Assembly (NCBI GenBank): GCA_043826455.1
Contig: JBDRQD010000032.1
Coordinates: 1-15,174 of the forward strand
DNA from: Candidatus Bathyarchaeota archaeon
GTDB taxonomy: Archaea; Thermoproteota; Bathyarchaeia; TCS64
Direction: 5' to 3'
Length of the DNA stretch: 15,174 bases
Shown: piece after piece, positions 1 through 7,083 of the stretch
Layout: every line of letters starts with the position of its first letter
Position numbering within the stretch: position 1 is the stretch's first letter
The notes under the pieces: model-generated
Databases searched by the model: none
What the model saw: only the letters and a program-made list of their open reading frames with translations
What the model was told of the DNA's origin: nothing
Translations under genes and position numbers: made by a program

Positions 1-1
1 A

Positions 2-76
2 GCGGAGCTTGTGTTGGGAAGCGTGAGCCACCAGGTTGTAAACGAGTCTAAGACACCTGTCTTAGTAGTAAAGTAA
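2..76 (+). CDS. Universal stress protein (Usp family), C-terminal end, partial at window edge
   Basis: Frame from position 2 reads AELVLGSVSHQVVNESKTPVLVVK*, matching the Usp C-terminal signature LGSVS..V......PVLVV. Confidence 0.85.
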   Translation, partial: AELVLGSVSHQVVNESKTPVLVVK

Positions 77-112
77 AGATGCTTTGAGTTCGTTAACGAG
101 ATTATCGGCCAT

Positions 113-132
113 TTCCTCTACCGGAAGAGGAA
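113..132. terminator. Hairpin between convergent usp and PRTase genes, possible terminator
   Basis: TTCCTCT (113-119) and AGAGGAA (126-132) form an inverted repeat with a 6-nt loop. Confidence 0.3.
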
Positions 133-146
133 GTGAAACAAATTGA

Positions 147-803
147 TCATGGTCTACGAAGTGTGTCCCCGGATGCCCGAAGTTCAATCGTTCCAATGCA
201 TGGATCAGTCACTTGGATAAAATCGTCCGGATTACTAATAGTTCGCATTGCGGCGAAAGCACGGATACAGGTTCCTGGAAAAATCTCTGCTAATCGATTC
301 GCGGCACCTAGAAGGGTTGAACCTCGCGTTACTATGTCGTCTACCAACACGATATCTTTTGGTTCGGAGAGGCGCCCCTGAACAGTCAAAGAATCATAGT
401 GAACGGCTGGAGTCGGCCTCTCACTTGACGGGCTTGATGCAGACTTGGGTACTGGTTTTCTCCGAACAAGGCATGGAGCAACCTCTTTTCCGAGGCCTAC
501 GCTGACTAAAGCGGTGGCAATACGCTCGGGAACCCACAACGTACCCGGCTGCATAAGTGAACTCTTCGGAGTAGGGATCAAAATGGTATCTGGGTGAAAA
601 AATGAGAAAAATGGAAGATTAGTTCCTTGATTTCGTATTGTTTGAGCGATCCATTGCGACATCAGAATCGGAGGATTACCTACAAATCTATCACCCTTAA
701 GCGCTAGCATTACGTTTTTTGAGTGTAGTATTTCGTTAGAGTCACCTCGTGGACAATAAGATAAGAGTGCACCGAACTGAAGTTGAGAGAGCCGCATACT
801 CAT
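147..803 (-). CDS. Type I phosphoribosyltransferase-fold protein (ComF/ShosT-like)
   Basis: PRPP-binding loop IVLVDDIVTRGSTL and an upstream LIPTP motif. No N-terminal CxxC zinc ribbons. Starts 3 bp after the DprA stop. Confidence 0.8.
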   Translation of the reverse strand: MSMRLSQLQFGALLSYCPRGDSNEILHSKNVMLALKGDRFVGNPPILMSQWIAQTIRNQGTNLPFFSFFHPDTILIPTPKSSLMQPGTLWVPERIATALVSVGLGKEVAPCLVRRKPVPKSASSPSSERPTPAVHYDSLTVQGRLSEPKDIVLVDDIVTRGSTLLGAANRLAEIFPGTCIRAFAAMRTISNPDDFIQVTDPCIGTIELRASGDTLRRP

Positions 804-806
804 GTT

Positions 807-1502
807 TCACAGAGCCAAATTGAGTATTCCTTCATGAGTTGGTATATATTCGAATATTTCTTCAGGATCACCTAGTTCAATCGCCCCATACTCAAGCATC
901 TTCATCGGCCAGCTCAATGAAGGATCATTCATCAGAGTATTCCATATGAATAACGGCCTCCCGAGTCTAAGAGCCTCCCACCCTTGGTGAAGAGAACCGC
1001 TGGAGTCACCAGCCTCAACAATGATGGAAGCATCTGATATTAACGCCATTGTTCGATTACGAATCACAAAATCCCTTGGTCGAGTCTGATGACCGCTTGG
1101 GAACTGAGAAACAGCCAGGTGCTGGCGCATGATGACGTCCTGAAGTTTATAGTTTTCTCGCGGGTATACATTGTCTAAAGGTGTTCCGAGGACCGCGATC
1201 GTGTACCCGCCTTCCTCGATAGCTGTTCTATGTGCTTTAGTATCAATTCCTTTAGCGAGCCCACTGACAACTATCGCCTCATTTCTAACAAGGGTTTTTA
1301 CTATCTTGCCAACTGCTTCTAGGCCTTCAATAGATGCATCTCGTGATCCAATTACTGACAGCCTTGGCCCTGGCAACGGGATTGGCAGAGACCCCGAAAC
1401 GTAGAGCTCAGTTGGAGCATACTTCTTCTCAACGTCATTTAAGGGACCCAAAAGTTCTTCTAGGGTATAAGTAAAAATTTTTTTCCCGCCTAGTATTTTC
1501 AT
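807..1502 (-). CDS. dprA: DprA/Smf Rossmann-fold protein (short form)
   Basis: Motifs VIGSR, VVSGLAKGIDTKAH, AVLGT, YPREN, F.IRNRTMALIS and IVEAGDSSGSL. ATG at 1502 follows SD GGAGGTG. An alternative GTG at 1610/1613 overlaps the upstream gene's stop. Confidence 0.9.
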   Translation of the reverse strand: MKILGGKKIFTYTLEELLGPLNDVEKKYAPTELYVSGSLPIPLPGPRLSVIGSRDASIEGLEAVGKIVKTLVRNEAIVVSGLAKGIDTKAHRTAIEEGGYTIAVLGTPLDNVYPRENYKLQDVIMRQHLAVSQFPSGHQTRPRDFVIRNRTMALISDASIIVEAGDSSGSLHQGWEALRLGRPLFIWNTLMNDPSLSWPMKMLEYGAIELGDPEEIFEYIPTHEGILNLAL

Positions 1503-1606
1503 TACACCTCCATTTGAATTCAAGGTTACTAACGATTCATTAAATATACTATCCCTATTTTTATCGTCTTCTCGTTCCGATGTTCGATTGTATCGAAAGG
1601 GTATTC

Positions 1607-1774
1607 TCACCACCCCCCATTGTCTAAGAGAATATTTATTACGTCATTGTATGTCAAGTTGGGATTTAATCTCTCTTTAATCAAATTGGCCTTAAGGCTT
1701 TCTAAGCGTCTATATGTCTCAAGGTTAAGGGCGATATTTCTTTTTTTGACGCTTACCTTGTTGTTCTGTTTCAT
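1607..1774 (-). CDS. Small ribbon-helix-helix-like DNA-binding protein (archaeal VapB/antitoxin-like), 55 aa
   Basis: MKQNNKVSVKKRNIALNLETYRRLESLK...LTYNDVINILLD follows the pattern 'I.l..e.Y.rL..lK....s(F/Y).dvI..Ll' of archaeal RHH antitoxin-like proteins. Confidence 0.6.
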   Translation of the reverse strand: MKQNNKVSVKKRNIALNLETYRRLESLKANLIKERLNPNLTYNDVINILLDNGGW

Positions 1775-1786
1775 AGAATTCACGCT

Positions 1787-1854
1787 AATGTATGTAATGT
1801 TACAGGTGAATTTATTACATTGAATGTATTTAATGTTACCGATGTATAGGTTAC
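1787..1854. repeat. Direct repeats, candidate operator upstream of the RHH-dprA-PRTase operon
   Basis: AATGTATGTAATGTTAC (1787-1803) and AATGTATTTAATGTTAC (1823-1839) are 16/17 identical. A third degenerate copy GATGTATAGGTTAC lies at 1841-1854. Confidence 0.55.
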
Positions 1855-1903
1855 AATACAAGGATTCGTAATTAACTGGGTTTGTCCTTCTTGCTCACTT
1901 CGT

Positions 1904-2008
1904 AGCAAAGCAGCAACCGCGACCGATGAGATCTGCAAACTGGTGGAGTCGGGCTTCGAGTACGTCTGCGACGTGGGTGAAGCCAAGGTTTTCAGGAAAC
2001 GCAAGTAG
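1904..2008 (+). pseudogene. C-terminal remnant of an archaeal tyrosine recombinase/integrase
   Basis: SKAATATDEICKLVESGFEYVCDVGEAKVFRKRK* resembles the 'KL.E.GFEYV......K.FRKRK' tail I recall from bathyarchaeal integrases. No catalytic domain lies upstream. It ends 29 bp before a tRNA-like att core. Confidence 0.65.
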
Positions 2009-2037
2009 CCCTGAAAAATGCGGAGGGATATGCTAAC

Positions 2038-2062
2038 GTGCGGAGAGTGGGATTCGAACCCA
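2038..2062 (-). mobile_element. att-like site: tRNA 3'-end fragment (probably tRNA-Leu), copy 1
   Basis: Minus strand TGGGTTCGAATCCCACTCTCCGCAC gives a T-arm, acceptor 3' strand TCTCCGC and discriminator A. No D or anticodon arm is present. Repeated at 13024-13048. Confidence 0.8.
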
Positions 2063-2265
2063 AAGAGGTCTTGGTTCTTCCTTGTGAGCTCCGCTATGAC
2101 GCTTTTTGCTTCCTCGGGCTTATCCCCCATGGCGTCGAGGACCTCCCGTACCTCCTTCTCGTCGCTGGTTACCCTGTACACTCACTGAGTTGGAGAGATT
2201 CTAGAAGAACAAGCATCTCAATTAATCAAAGTAACTAAACATTTGAACGAAATATTCAGTTGACG

Positions 2266-2278
2266 GGAAATCTTTTAA
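2266..2278 (+). promoter_or_regulatory. Archaeal BRE/TATA promoter of the thiamine operon
   Basis: GGAAAtcTTTTAA, with the TATA-like box at 2273-2278 about 25 bp upstream of the riboswitch 5' edge. Confidence 0.5.
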
Positions 2279-2303
2279 CCCTGAACTGTGAGGAAATAAG
2301 CGG

Positions 2304-2388
2304 AAGGGGAGCTGGGCAGCAGCCCGGCTGAGAGGACGCTGTGCGTCGACCCTTTGAACCTGATCCAGGTAATACTGGCGGAGGGAAA
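2304..2388 (+). ncRNA. TPP (THI-box) riboswitch aptamer
   Basis: AGGGG-AGCTGGGC(agca)GCCCGGC-TGAGA-GGACGC(tgt)GCGTC-GACCCTTT-GAACCTGATCCAGGTAATACTGGCGGAGGGAA contains P2, P3, UGAGA, P3a, P4 and P5 with the consensus core. It lies directly upstream of thiamine genes. Confidence 0.93.
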
Positions 2389-2391
2389 GAA

Positions 2392-2976
2392 GTGAAGATA
2401 AGGAATATTGGATTCTGGGGGCACACACACGAGGCCCCACACAGTCACACCAGCAGCCTAGAAAAGAAACCTGAAAGCGCGGAGGGAGGCGGTGCGGCCA
2501 GAAGGATAGCACTATCTGCGGTCCTGTCGGCCCTCACCGTCGTGCTCTCACCCCTATACATACCACTCGGGGCCACCAAGTGCTTCCCGGCGCAGCACAT
2601 GATGAACGCTGTGGCGGGCGTACTCCTGGGGCCATGGTACGCGGCCGCCATGGCCGTGGTGACTGGCACTGTTAGGAACGCCCTGGGGCTGGGTACACTG
2701 TATGCCTATCCAGGAGGCATACCCGGCGCCCTGGTTGTGGGCCTAGCCCACAGGTACCTCAAGAAGACCGACCTTGTTGCGCTGATGGAGCCCCTGGGCA
2801 CGGTGGCGGTGGGCGCCACCCTGAGCGCCCTCCTGCTGGCTCCAGCCCTCGGCCAAAGCACGACCCTGATCTTCTTCTGGGCGGCCTTTGCGGCCAGCAG
2901 TGTACCCGGCGCGGTTCTAGGCTACGTGGTACTGAAGGCGTTGAGGAGACTTGGACTCATTGGAACTCTCCTTTAA
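2392..2976 (+). CDS. thiW: ECF-type thiazole transporter S component ThiW
   Basis: Motifs KCFPAQHMMNAVAGVLLGPWYA, RNALGLGTLYAYPGGIPGA, EPLGT and F.ASSVPGA, with several TM helices. GTG at 2392 follows GGAGGG (2380-2385). Confidence 0.88.
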   Translation: MKIRNIGFWGHTHEAPHSHTSSLEKKPESAEGGGAARRIALSAVLSALTVVLSPLYIPLGATKCFPAQHMMNAVAGVLLGPWYAAAMAVVTGTVRNALGLGTLYAYPGGIPGALVVGLAHRYLKKTDLVALMEPLGTVAVGATLSALLLAPALGQSTTLIFFWAAFAASSVPGAVLGYVVLKALRRLGLIGTLL

Positions 2977-2989
2977 GGAGCTCAGGGGA

Positions 2990-3514
2990 ATGAGGACCAT
3001 CATCCTCGGAGACGTGGGGACGGGCAAGACCCTCCTCACCAGGAGGCTCCTACATGAAGCCTTGGAGGAGGCGGGGGGGCTGGTAACTGTGCTGGACTTC
3101 GCGCCCCCAGCCAAGGTAGTTTCAGGCTTAAGGGTGGGCGGGCTCCTCACCGGGGAGGAGCACCCCAGGCTCAGGCACCTGAAGTCGAGCCTCATCGAGA
3201 CCCCGAGGCTATCGGCTGGAAGCGGCGACGAGCTGGTTAGGCTGGCCGACCACAACAAGAGGATCACAGAAGCCATGCTGAGAGAGTTCACCCTGTCACC
3301 CACAGAGGCCCTGTTCGTCAACGACGCCTCAATCTACTTGCAGAGGGGCGAGATCGATCGCCTTTGGCGAGCCTTCGAGGCCGCTGAGACGGTCGTGGCC
3401 AACGGCTACTACGGTGAGAAGCTGCAGGCGGACTACGGGACGGGGCTGTCCTCCAGGGAAAAGACGCTGATGGAGGAGCTCGCCTCTAGGATGGACAGGG
3501 TGATCAGGCTATGA
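2990..3514 (+). CDS. Small P-loop NTPase/kinase of unknown function
   Basis: Walker A IILGDVGTGKT and Walker B-like ALFVND. ATG at 2990 follows GGAG; an alternative TTG lies at 2951. Confidence 0.8.
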   Translation: MRTIILGDVGTGKTLLTRRLLHEALEEAGGLVTVLDFAPPAKVVSGLRVGGLLTGEEHPRLRHLKSSLIETPRLSAGSGDELVRLADHNKRITEAMLREFTLSPTEALFVNDASIYLQRGEIDRLWRAFEAAETVVANGYYGEKLQADYGTGLSSREKTLMEELASRMDRVIRL

Positions 3515-3568
3515 CCCACCCATCTTCTCCCCGTTTTTCAGGTTCAACGAAAGGAAGGAGTGATTGAA

Positions 3569-4864
3569 ATGACGACCCAGATGGAGTATGCGAAGAAGGG
3601 TAAGCTGACAGACGAGGTGAAGAGCGTCGCGAAGGCCGAGGGGTTGACCCCGGGGCACGTGATGCGCGGAGTCGCTGAGGGGCGGATAGTTATCACCCGT
3701 AACCTCGACCACGAGATCCCAGCGATGGGCATAGGTGACGGATTGAGGATAAAGGTGAACGCCAACATAGGCACGTCGAGGGATATCTGCGACGTCGACA
3801 GGGAGCTGCTGAAGGCGAAGGCCGCCCACGAGGCGGGCGCCGACACCTTGATGGATCTGAGCACCGGCGGCGACATCGACGCCAATAGGCGGAAGATCAT
3901 GAAGGCGACGCCTCTCCCCATCGGAACCGTCCCCATCTACCAGGCGGCCATCAATGCCCAGGAGAAGAGGGGCGCCATAGTCGACATGACGGAGGATGAC
4001 CTCTTCAATGTCATCGAGAGGAACGCGAAGGACGGCGTGGACTTCGTAACCGTTCACTGTGGCATAAACAAGGTCAGCGTGGACAGGATAAAGAGGAGCA
4101 AGAGGCTCACGGGCATCGTGAGCAGGGGAGGCACCTTCCTGGCCGCATGGATAATGCACAACGGCCAGGAGAACCCACTGTATGGGAACTACGACTACCT
4201 CCTCGAGCTGGCGAAGAAGTACGATATGGCGCTGAGCCTCGGCGACGGGCTTCGCCCGGGCTGCATACAGGACGCCACGGACGGCCCCCAGATCCAGGAA
4301 CTCATAATCATCGGAGAGCTCGTCGATCGGGCGAGAGCTGCGGGTGTGCAGGCGATGGTTGAAGGTCCTGGCCACGTACCCATCGACCAGATCGATGCGA
4401 ACGTCAAATTGGAGAAGGCGGTCTGCAAGGGGGCGCCTTTCTACGTCCTCGGGCCGCTGGTCACCGATGTCGCTCCGGGCTACGACCACATCGTCGGAGC
4501 CATAGGAGGAGCCGTGGCCGCCATGGCTGGGGCCGACTACCTCTGCTACGTGACGCCGACCGAGCACATAGGCCTCCCAGACGTGGAGGACGTGAGGGAG
4601 GGCGTGATCGTCTCCAGGATCGCGGCCCACGTGGGCGACCTCGTCAGGAGGAGGGATAAGGCGATCGTGTGGGATAACGACATGTCGAAGGCGCGGGCAG
4701 AGCTCGACTGGCAGAGGCAGATAGATCTCTCGATCAACCCGGCGAGGGTGAGGAGGGTGAAGGAGGAGCGCTCGCCGGGTGAGATGGCGGACAAGGGCTG
4801 CAGCATGTGCGGGGAGTACTGCGCCATCAAGATCCTCAAGGAGTACATGAGGGCGGAGCACTGA
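3569..4864 (+). CDS. thiC: Phosphomethylpyrimidine synthase ThiC
   Basis: Motifs KVNANIGTS, MDLSTGG, GTVPIYQ, VSRGG, LGDGLRPG, EGPGHVP, GYDHI, YVTPTEH and the C-terminal CSMCGEYC Fe-S motif. The thiamine context argues against BzaAB/F. SD GGAG precedes ATG 3569. Confidence 0.95.
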   Translation: MTTQMEYAKKGKLTDEVKSVAKAEGLTPGHVMRGVAEGRIVITRNLDHEIPAMGIGDGLRIKVNANIGTSRDICDVDRELLKAKAAHEAGADTLMDLSTGGDIDANRRKIMKATPLPIGTVPIYQAAINAQEKRGAIVDMTEDDLFNVIERNAKDGVDFVTVHCGINKVSVDRIKRSKRLTGIVSRGGTFLAAWIMHNGQENPLYGNYDYLLELAKKYDMALSLGDGLRPGCIQDATDGPQIQELIIIGELVDRARAAGVQAMVEGPGHVPIDQIDANVKLEKAVCKGAPFYVLGPLVTDVAPGYDHIVGAIGGAVAAMAGADYLCYVTPTEHIGLPDVEDVREGVIVSRIAAHVGDLVRRRDKAIVWDNDMSKARAELDWQRQIDLSINPARVRRVKEERSPGEMADKGCSMCGEYCAIKILKEYMRAEH

Positions 4865-6216
4865 TGCTCAAGATAGCGTGTGTTCTGACGATAGCCGGCT
4901 CCGACAGCGGAGGCGGGGCGGGCATTCAGGCGGACCTGAAGACCTTCGCGGCCCTGGGCGTCTACGGGATGTCAGCCATCACAGCAGTAACGGCTCAGAA
5001 CACGGTGGAGGTGACGGCCGTCCAGGACGTGGACCTTGAGGTTATCGCTGCCCAGATCGACGCCGTCGCCCGGGATATTGGAGTGGACGCGGCCAAGACG
5101 GGGATGCTTCATAAATCGGAGGTCATAGAGCTGGTCTCCGACAAGATAGTTGAGTACGGGTTCCCCGTGGTTGTGGACCCGGTGATGGTGGCCAAGAGCG
5201 GCGCCGAGCTCCTAGACCCCGAGGCCAAGAACACACTTGTAACTAGGTTGCTGCCCCTCGCCAAGGTGGTTACCCCCAACGCCTTGGAGGCCGAGGCCAT
5301 CACAGGGATCAAGGTGACCACCATCGAGGACGGGGTGGAGGCCGCCAAGGCCATCTACGAGACGGGCGTCGAGGCGGTGCTGGTGAAGGGGGGCCACATA
5401 TTCAGCGAGGACAAGGCCGTGGACGTGCTCTACCACCGGGGCGGGTTCAGGCTCCTGGAGGCTAAGAGGCACCAGACCGGGGACACCCACGGCACGGGGT
5501 GCAGCCTGAGCGCCGCCATAGCTGCTGAACTGGCAAAGGGAGCTGAGATACCTGACGCCGTGGAGAGGGCTAAGATGTACGTCAACACGGCCATCCTGCA
5601 TGGGCTCAGGCTGGGGCGCGGCCACGGCCCCCTGAACCACATGGCCGAGCTGACGAACGAGGCCGAAAAGATCACAGTCCTAGGGAATGTCCGAGAGGCC
5701 GTGAAGGTCATCGAGGCGGAGCCAAGGCTGCGAGAGCTGGTGGCCGAGTGCCAGATGAACGTGGGCATGGCCCTGCCCCACGCGTCCACGGTGGAGGACG
5801 TGGCTGCCGTGGAGGGTAGATTAACGAGGAGGGGTGCAGGCGTCAGGGCTTCGGGGTGTCCCTGGTTCGGTGCCTCTGGCCACGTGGCCAGAACTATACT
5901 GGCGGTGAGGAGGTTCGACCCGTCCGTGAGGGCCGCGTTGAATGTGAGGTACTCTGAGGAGGCCGTGAAGGCGCTTGGGGAGATGGGGCTGGTGGTCTCC
6001 CACTACGACAGGAGGGAGGAGCCGCCTGAGGTCAAAGCCTTGGAGGGCGGCACCACCTATTGGGGTGCGGAGCAGGCCGTCAGGAGGGCCGGGCGGGTGC
6101 CCGATGCCCTGTACCACCTGGGGGACTGGGGGAAGGAGCCCATGATCGTGCTCCTCGGCGAGTCGGCGACCAAGGTGGCAGGGATGGCCGTGGAGCTGGC
6201 CAGGAGGCTGTTTTAG
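4864..6216 (+). CDS. thiDN: Bifunctional HMP(-P) kinase / thiamine-phosphate synthase ThiD-ThiN fusion
   Basis: ThiD motifs TIAGSDSGGGAGIQADLKT, DPVMVAKSG, VKGGH and HGTGC. C-terminal ThiN motifs FGASGHVAR, YDRREEP and GDWGKEPMI. TGATG coupling to thiC. Confidence 0.95.
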   Translation: MLKIACVLTIAGSDSGGGAGIQADLKTFAALGVYGMSAITAVTAQNTVEVTAVQDVDLEVIAAQIDAVARDIGVDAAKTGMLHKSEVIELVSDKIVEYGFPVVVDPVMVAKSGAELLDPEAKNTLVTRLLPLAKVVTPNALEAEAITGIKVTTIEDGVEAAKAIYETGVEAVLVKGGHIFSEDKAVDVLYHRGGFRLLEAKRHQTGDTHGTGCSLSAAIAAELAKGAEIPDAVERAKMYVNTAILHGLRLGRGHGPLNHMAELTNEAEKITVLGNVREAVKVIEAEPRLRELVAECQMNVGMALPHASTVEDVAAVEGRLTRRGAGVRASGCPWFGASGHVARTILAVRRFDPSVRAALNVRYSEEAVKALGEMGLVVSHYDRREEPPEVKALEGGTTYWGAEQAVRRAGRVPDALYHLGDWGKEPMIVLLGESATKVAGMAVELARRLF

Positions 6217-6218
6217 CT

Positions 6219-6887
6219 GTGGGGTTCTCCGACGAACTCAAGTACCATGCCAGGGATATCTGGGACGCCATCCTGGCTCACCCTTTCGTGGCCGAGCTGG
6301 GGAACGGCTCGCTGCCGCCCGAGAAGTACCTCTACTACATAAAGCAGGACTACGCCTACCTCCTGGACTTCTCACGGTGCCTGGGGCTGGCGGCGTCCAA
6401 GGCCGGGAGCCCGGAGGATATGCACACCCTGGCGGGGTTGATGAACGGGTGCCTGAGCTACGAGCTGAACATCCTCACAGGCCATCTCTGGGAGCTTGGG
6501 CTGACCGGTGAGGAGATAGGCTCTATAGAGATGGCGCCCACCAACCACGCGTATACGCGTCACATGCTGCACGTGGCGTACTCTGGCTCGGTGGGTGAGG
6601 ACCTGGCTGCGCTGCTGCCCTGCATGTGGACTTACAGGCTGATAGGGGAGAAGCTGTGGGCGGAGAGGGCCGAGGCGATTCCAAGGCACTATCTTGAGTG
6701 GATCGAGGGGTACAGGGCCCCAGAGTACTTGGCTCTCGTGGACAAGTACCGGGCCATGGTGGACTCCTGTGGGGAGGGGGCGGGTTCCATGGAGCGGTCG
6801 CTGATGGTGAGGCACTTCTTGACGAGCAGCAGGTACGAGTACATGTTCTGGGGCATGGCTTACAGGATGGAGAAGTGGCTCATTTAA
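6219..6887 (+). CDS. tenA: Thiaminase II / aminopyrimidine aminohydrolase TenA (Cys-type)
   Basis: Motifs HPFV.EL..G.L, YIKQDYAYL, AYTRHM, the catalytic LLPCMWTY, WIEGY and EYMFW. GTG start 2 bp after the thiDN stop. Confidence 0.92.
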   Translation: MGFSDELKYHARDIWDAILAHPFVAELGNGSLPPEKYLYYIKQDYAYLLDFSRCLGLAASKAGSPEDMHTLAGLMNGCLSYELNILTGHLWELGLTGEEIGSIEMAPTNHAYTRHMLHVAYSGSVGEDLAALLPCMWTYRLIGEKLWAERAEAIPRHYLEWIEGYRAPEYLALVDKYRAMVDSCGEGAGSMERSLMVRHFLTSSRYEYMFWGMAYRMEKWLI

Positions 6888-7083
6888 TGTGTTCACATTT
6901 TATCTGTTTGCATGTGGCTGACTCTTGGTCATCACTGATGTGCTGGCTCATGGAGACATGCAAGCTTCTTCGCCTAAACGTCATGCACCGAACGGTCGAC
7001 AAGCCCATCTTGTTACAAGCCGTCAGTTGGAGCGATTCGAGTTTACTAATCCTTATTAACAAAACATTACATGGAGAGATAAC

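Noticed and set aside
1787..1854. Mini CRISPR array
   Set aside because: The repeats are only 17 bp with 19-bp and 1-bp gaps, and there are no cas genes. This fits an operator better.
2000..2110. Intact tRNA gene at the GGTTCGAATCC motif (also at 13024-13100)
   Set aside because: Only the T-arm and acceptor 3' strand are present. Adjacent sequence gives no anticodon or D arm and no matching 5' acceptor strand.
2341..2391. ORF-track start of thiW at 2341
   Set aside because: It lies inside the riboswitch aptamer. GTG 2392 has a properly spaced SD.
3515..3568. Attenuator or anti-SD hairpin between the NTPase gene and thiC (CATCTTCTCC versus GGAGTGAT, T5 tract)
   Set aside because: The pairing is short and imperfect, and cannot be distinguished from chance without folding or conservation data.
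3509..4861. 450-aa antisense ORF over thiC, and similar antisense ORFs over thiDN, tenA and the GAF gene
   Set aside because: Shadow ORFs expected from GC-rich codon bias. They have no recognisable motifs, and the sense strand is a clear conserved gene.
3569..4864. BzaA/BzaB/BzaF (benzimidazole synthesis) instead of ThiC
   Set aside because: It is coupled to thiDN and under a TPP riboswitch, with no cobalamin genes nearby.
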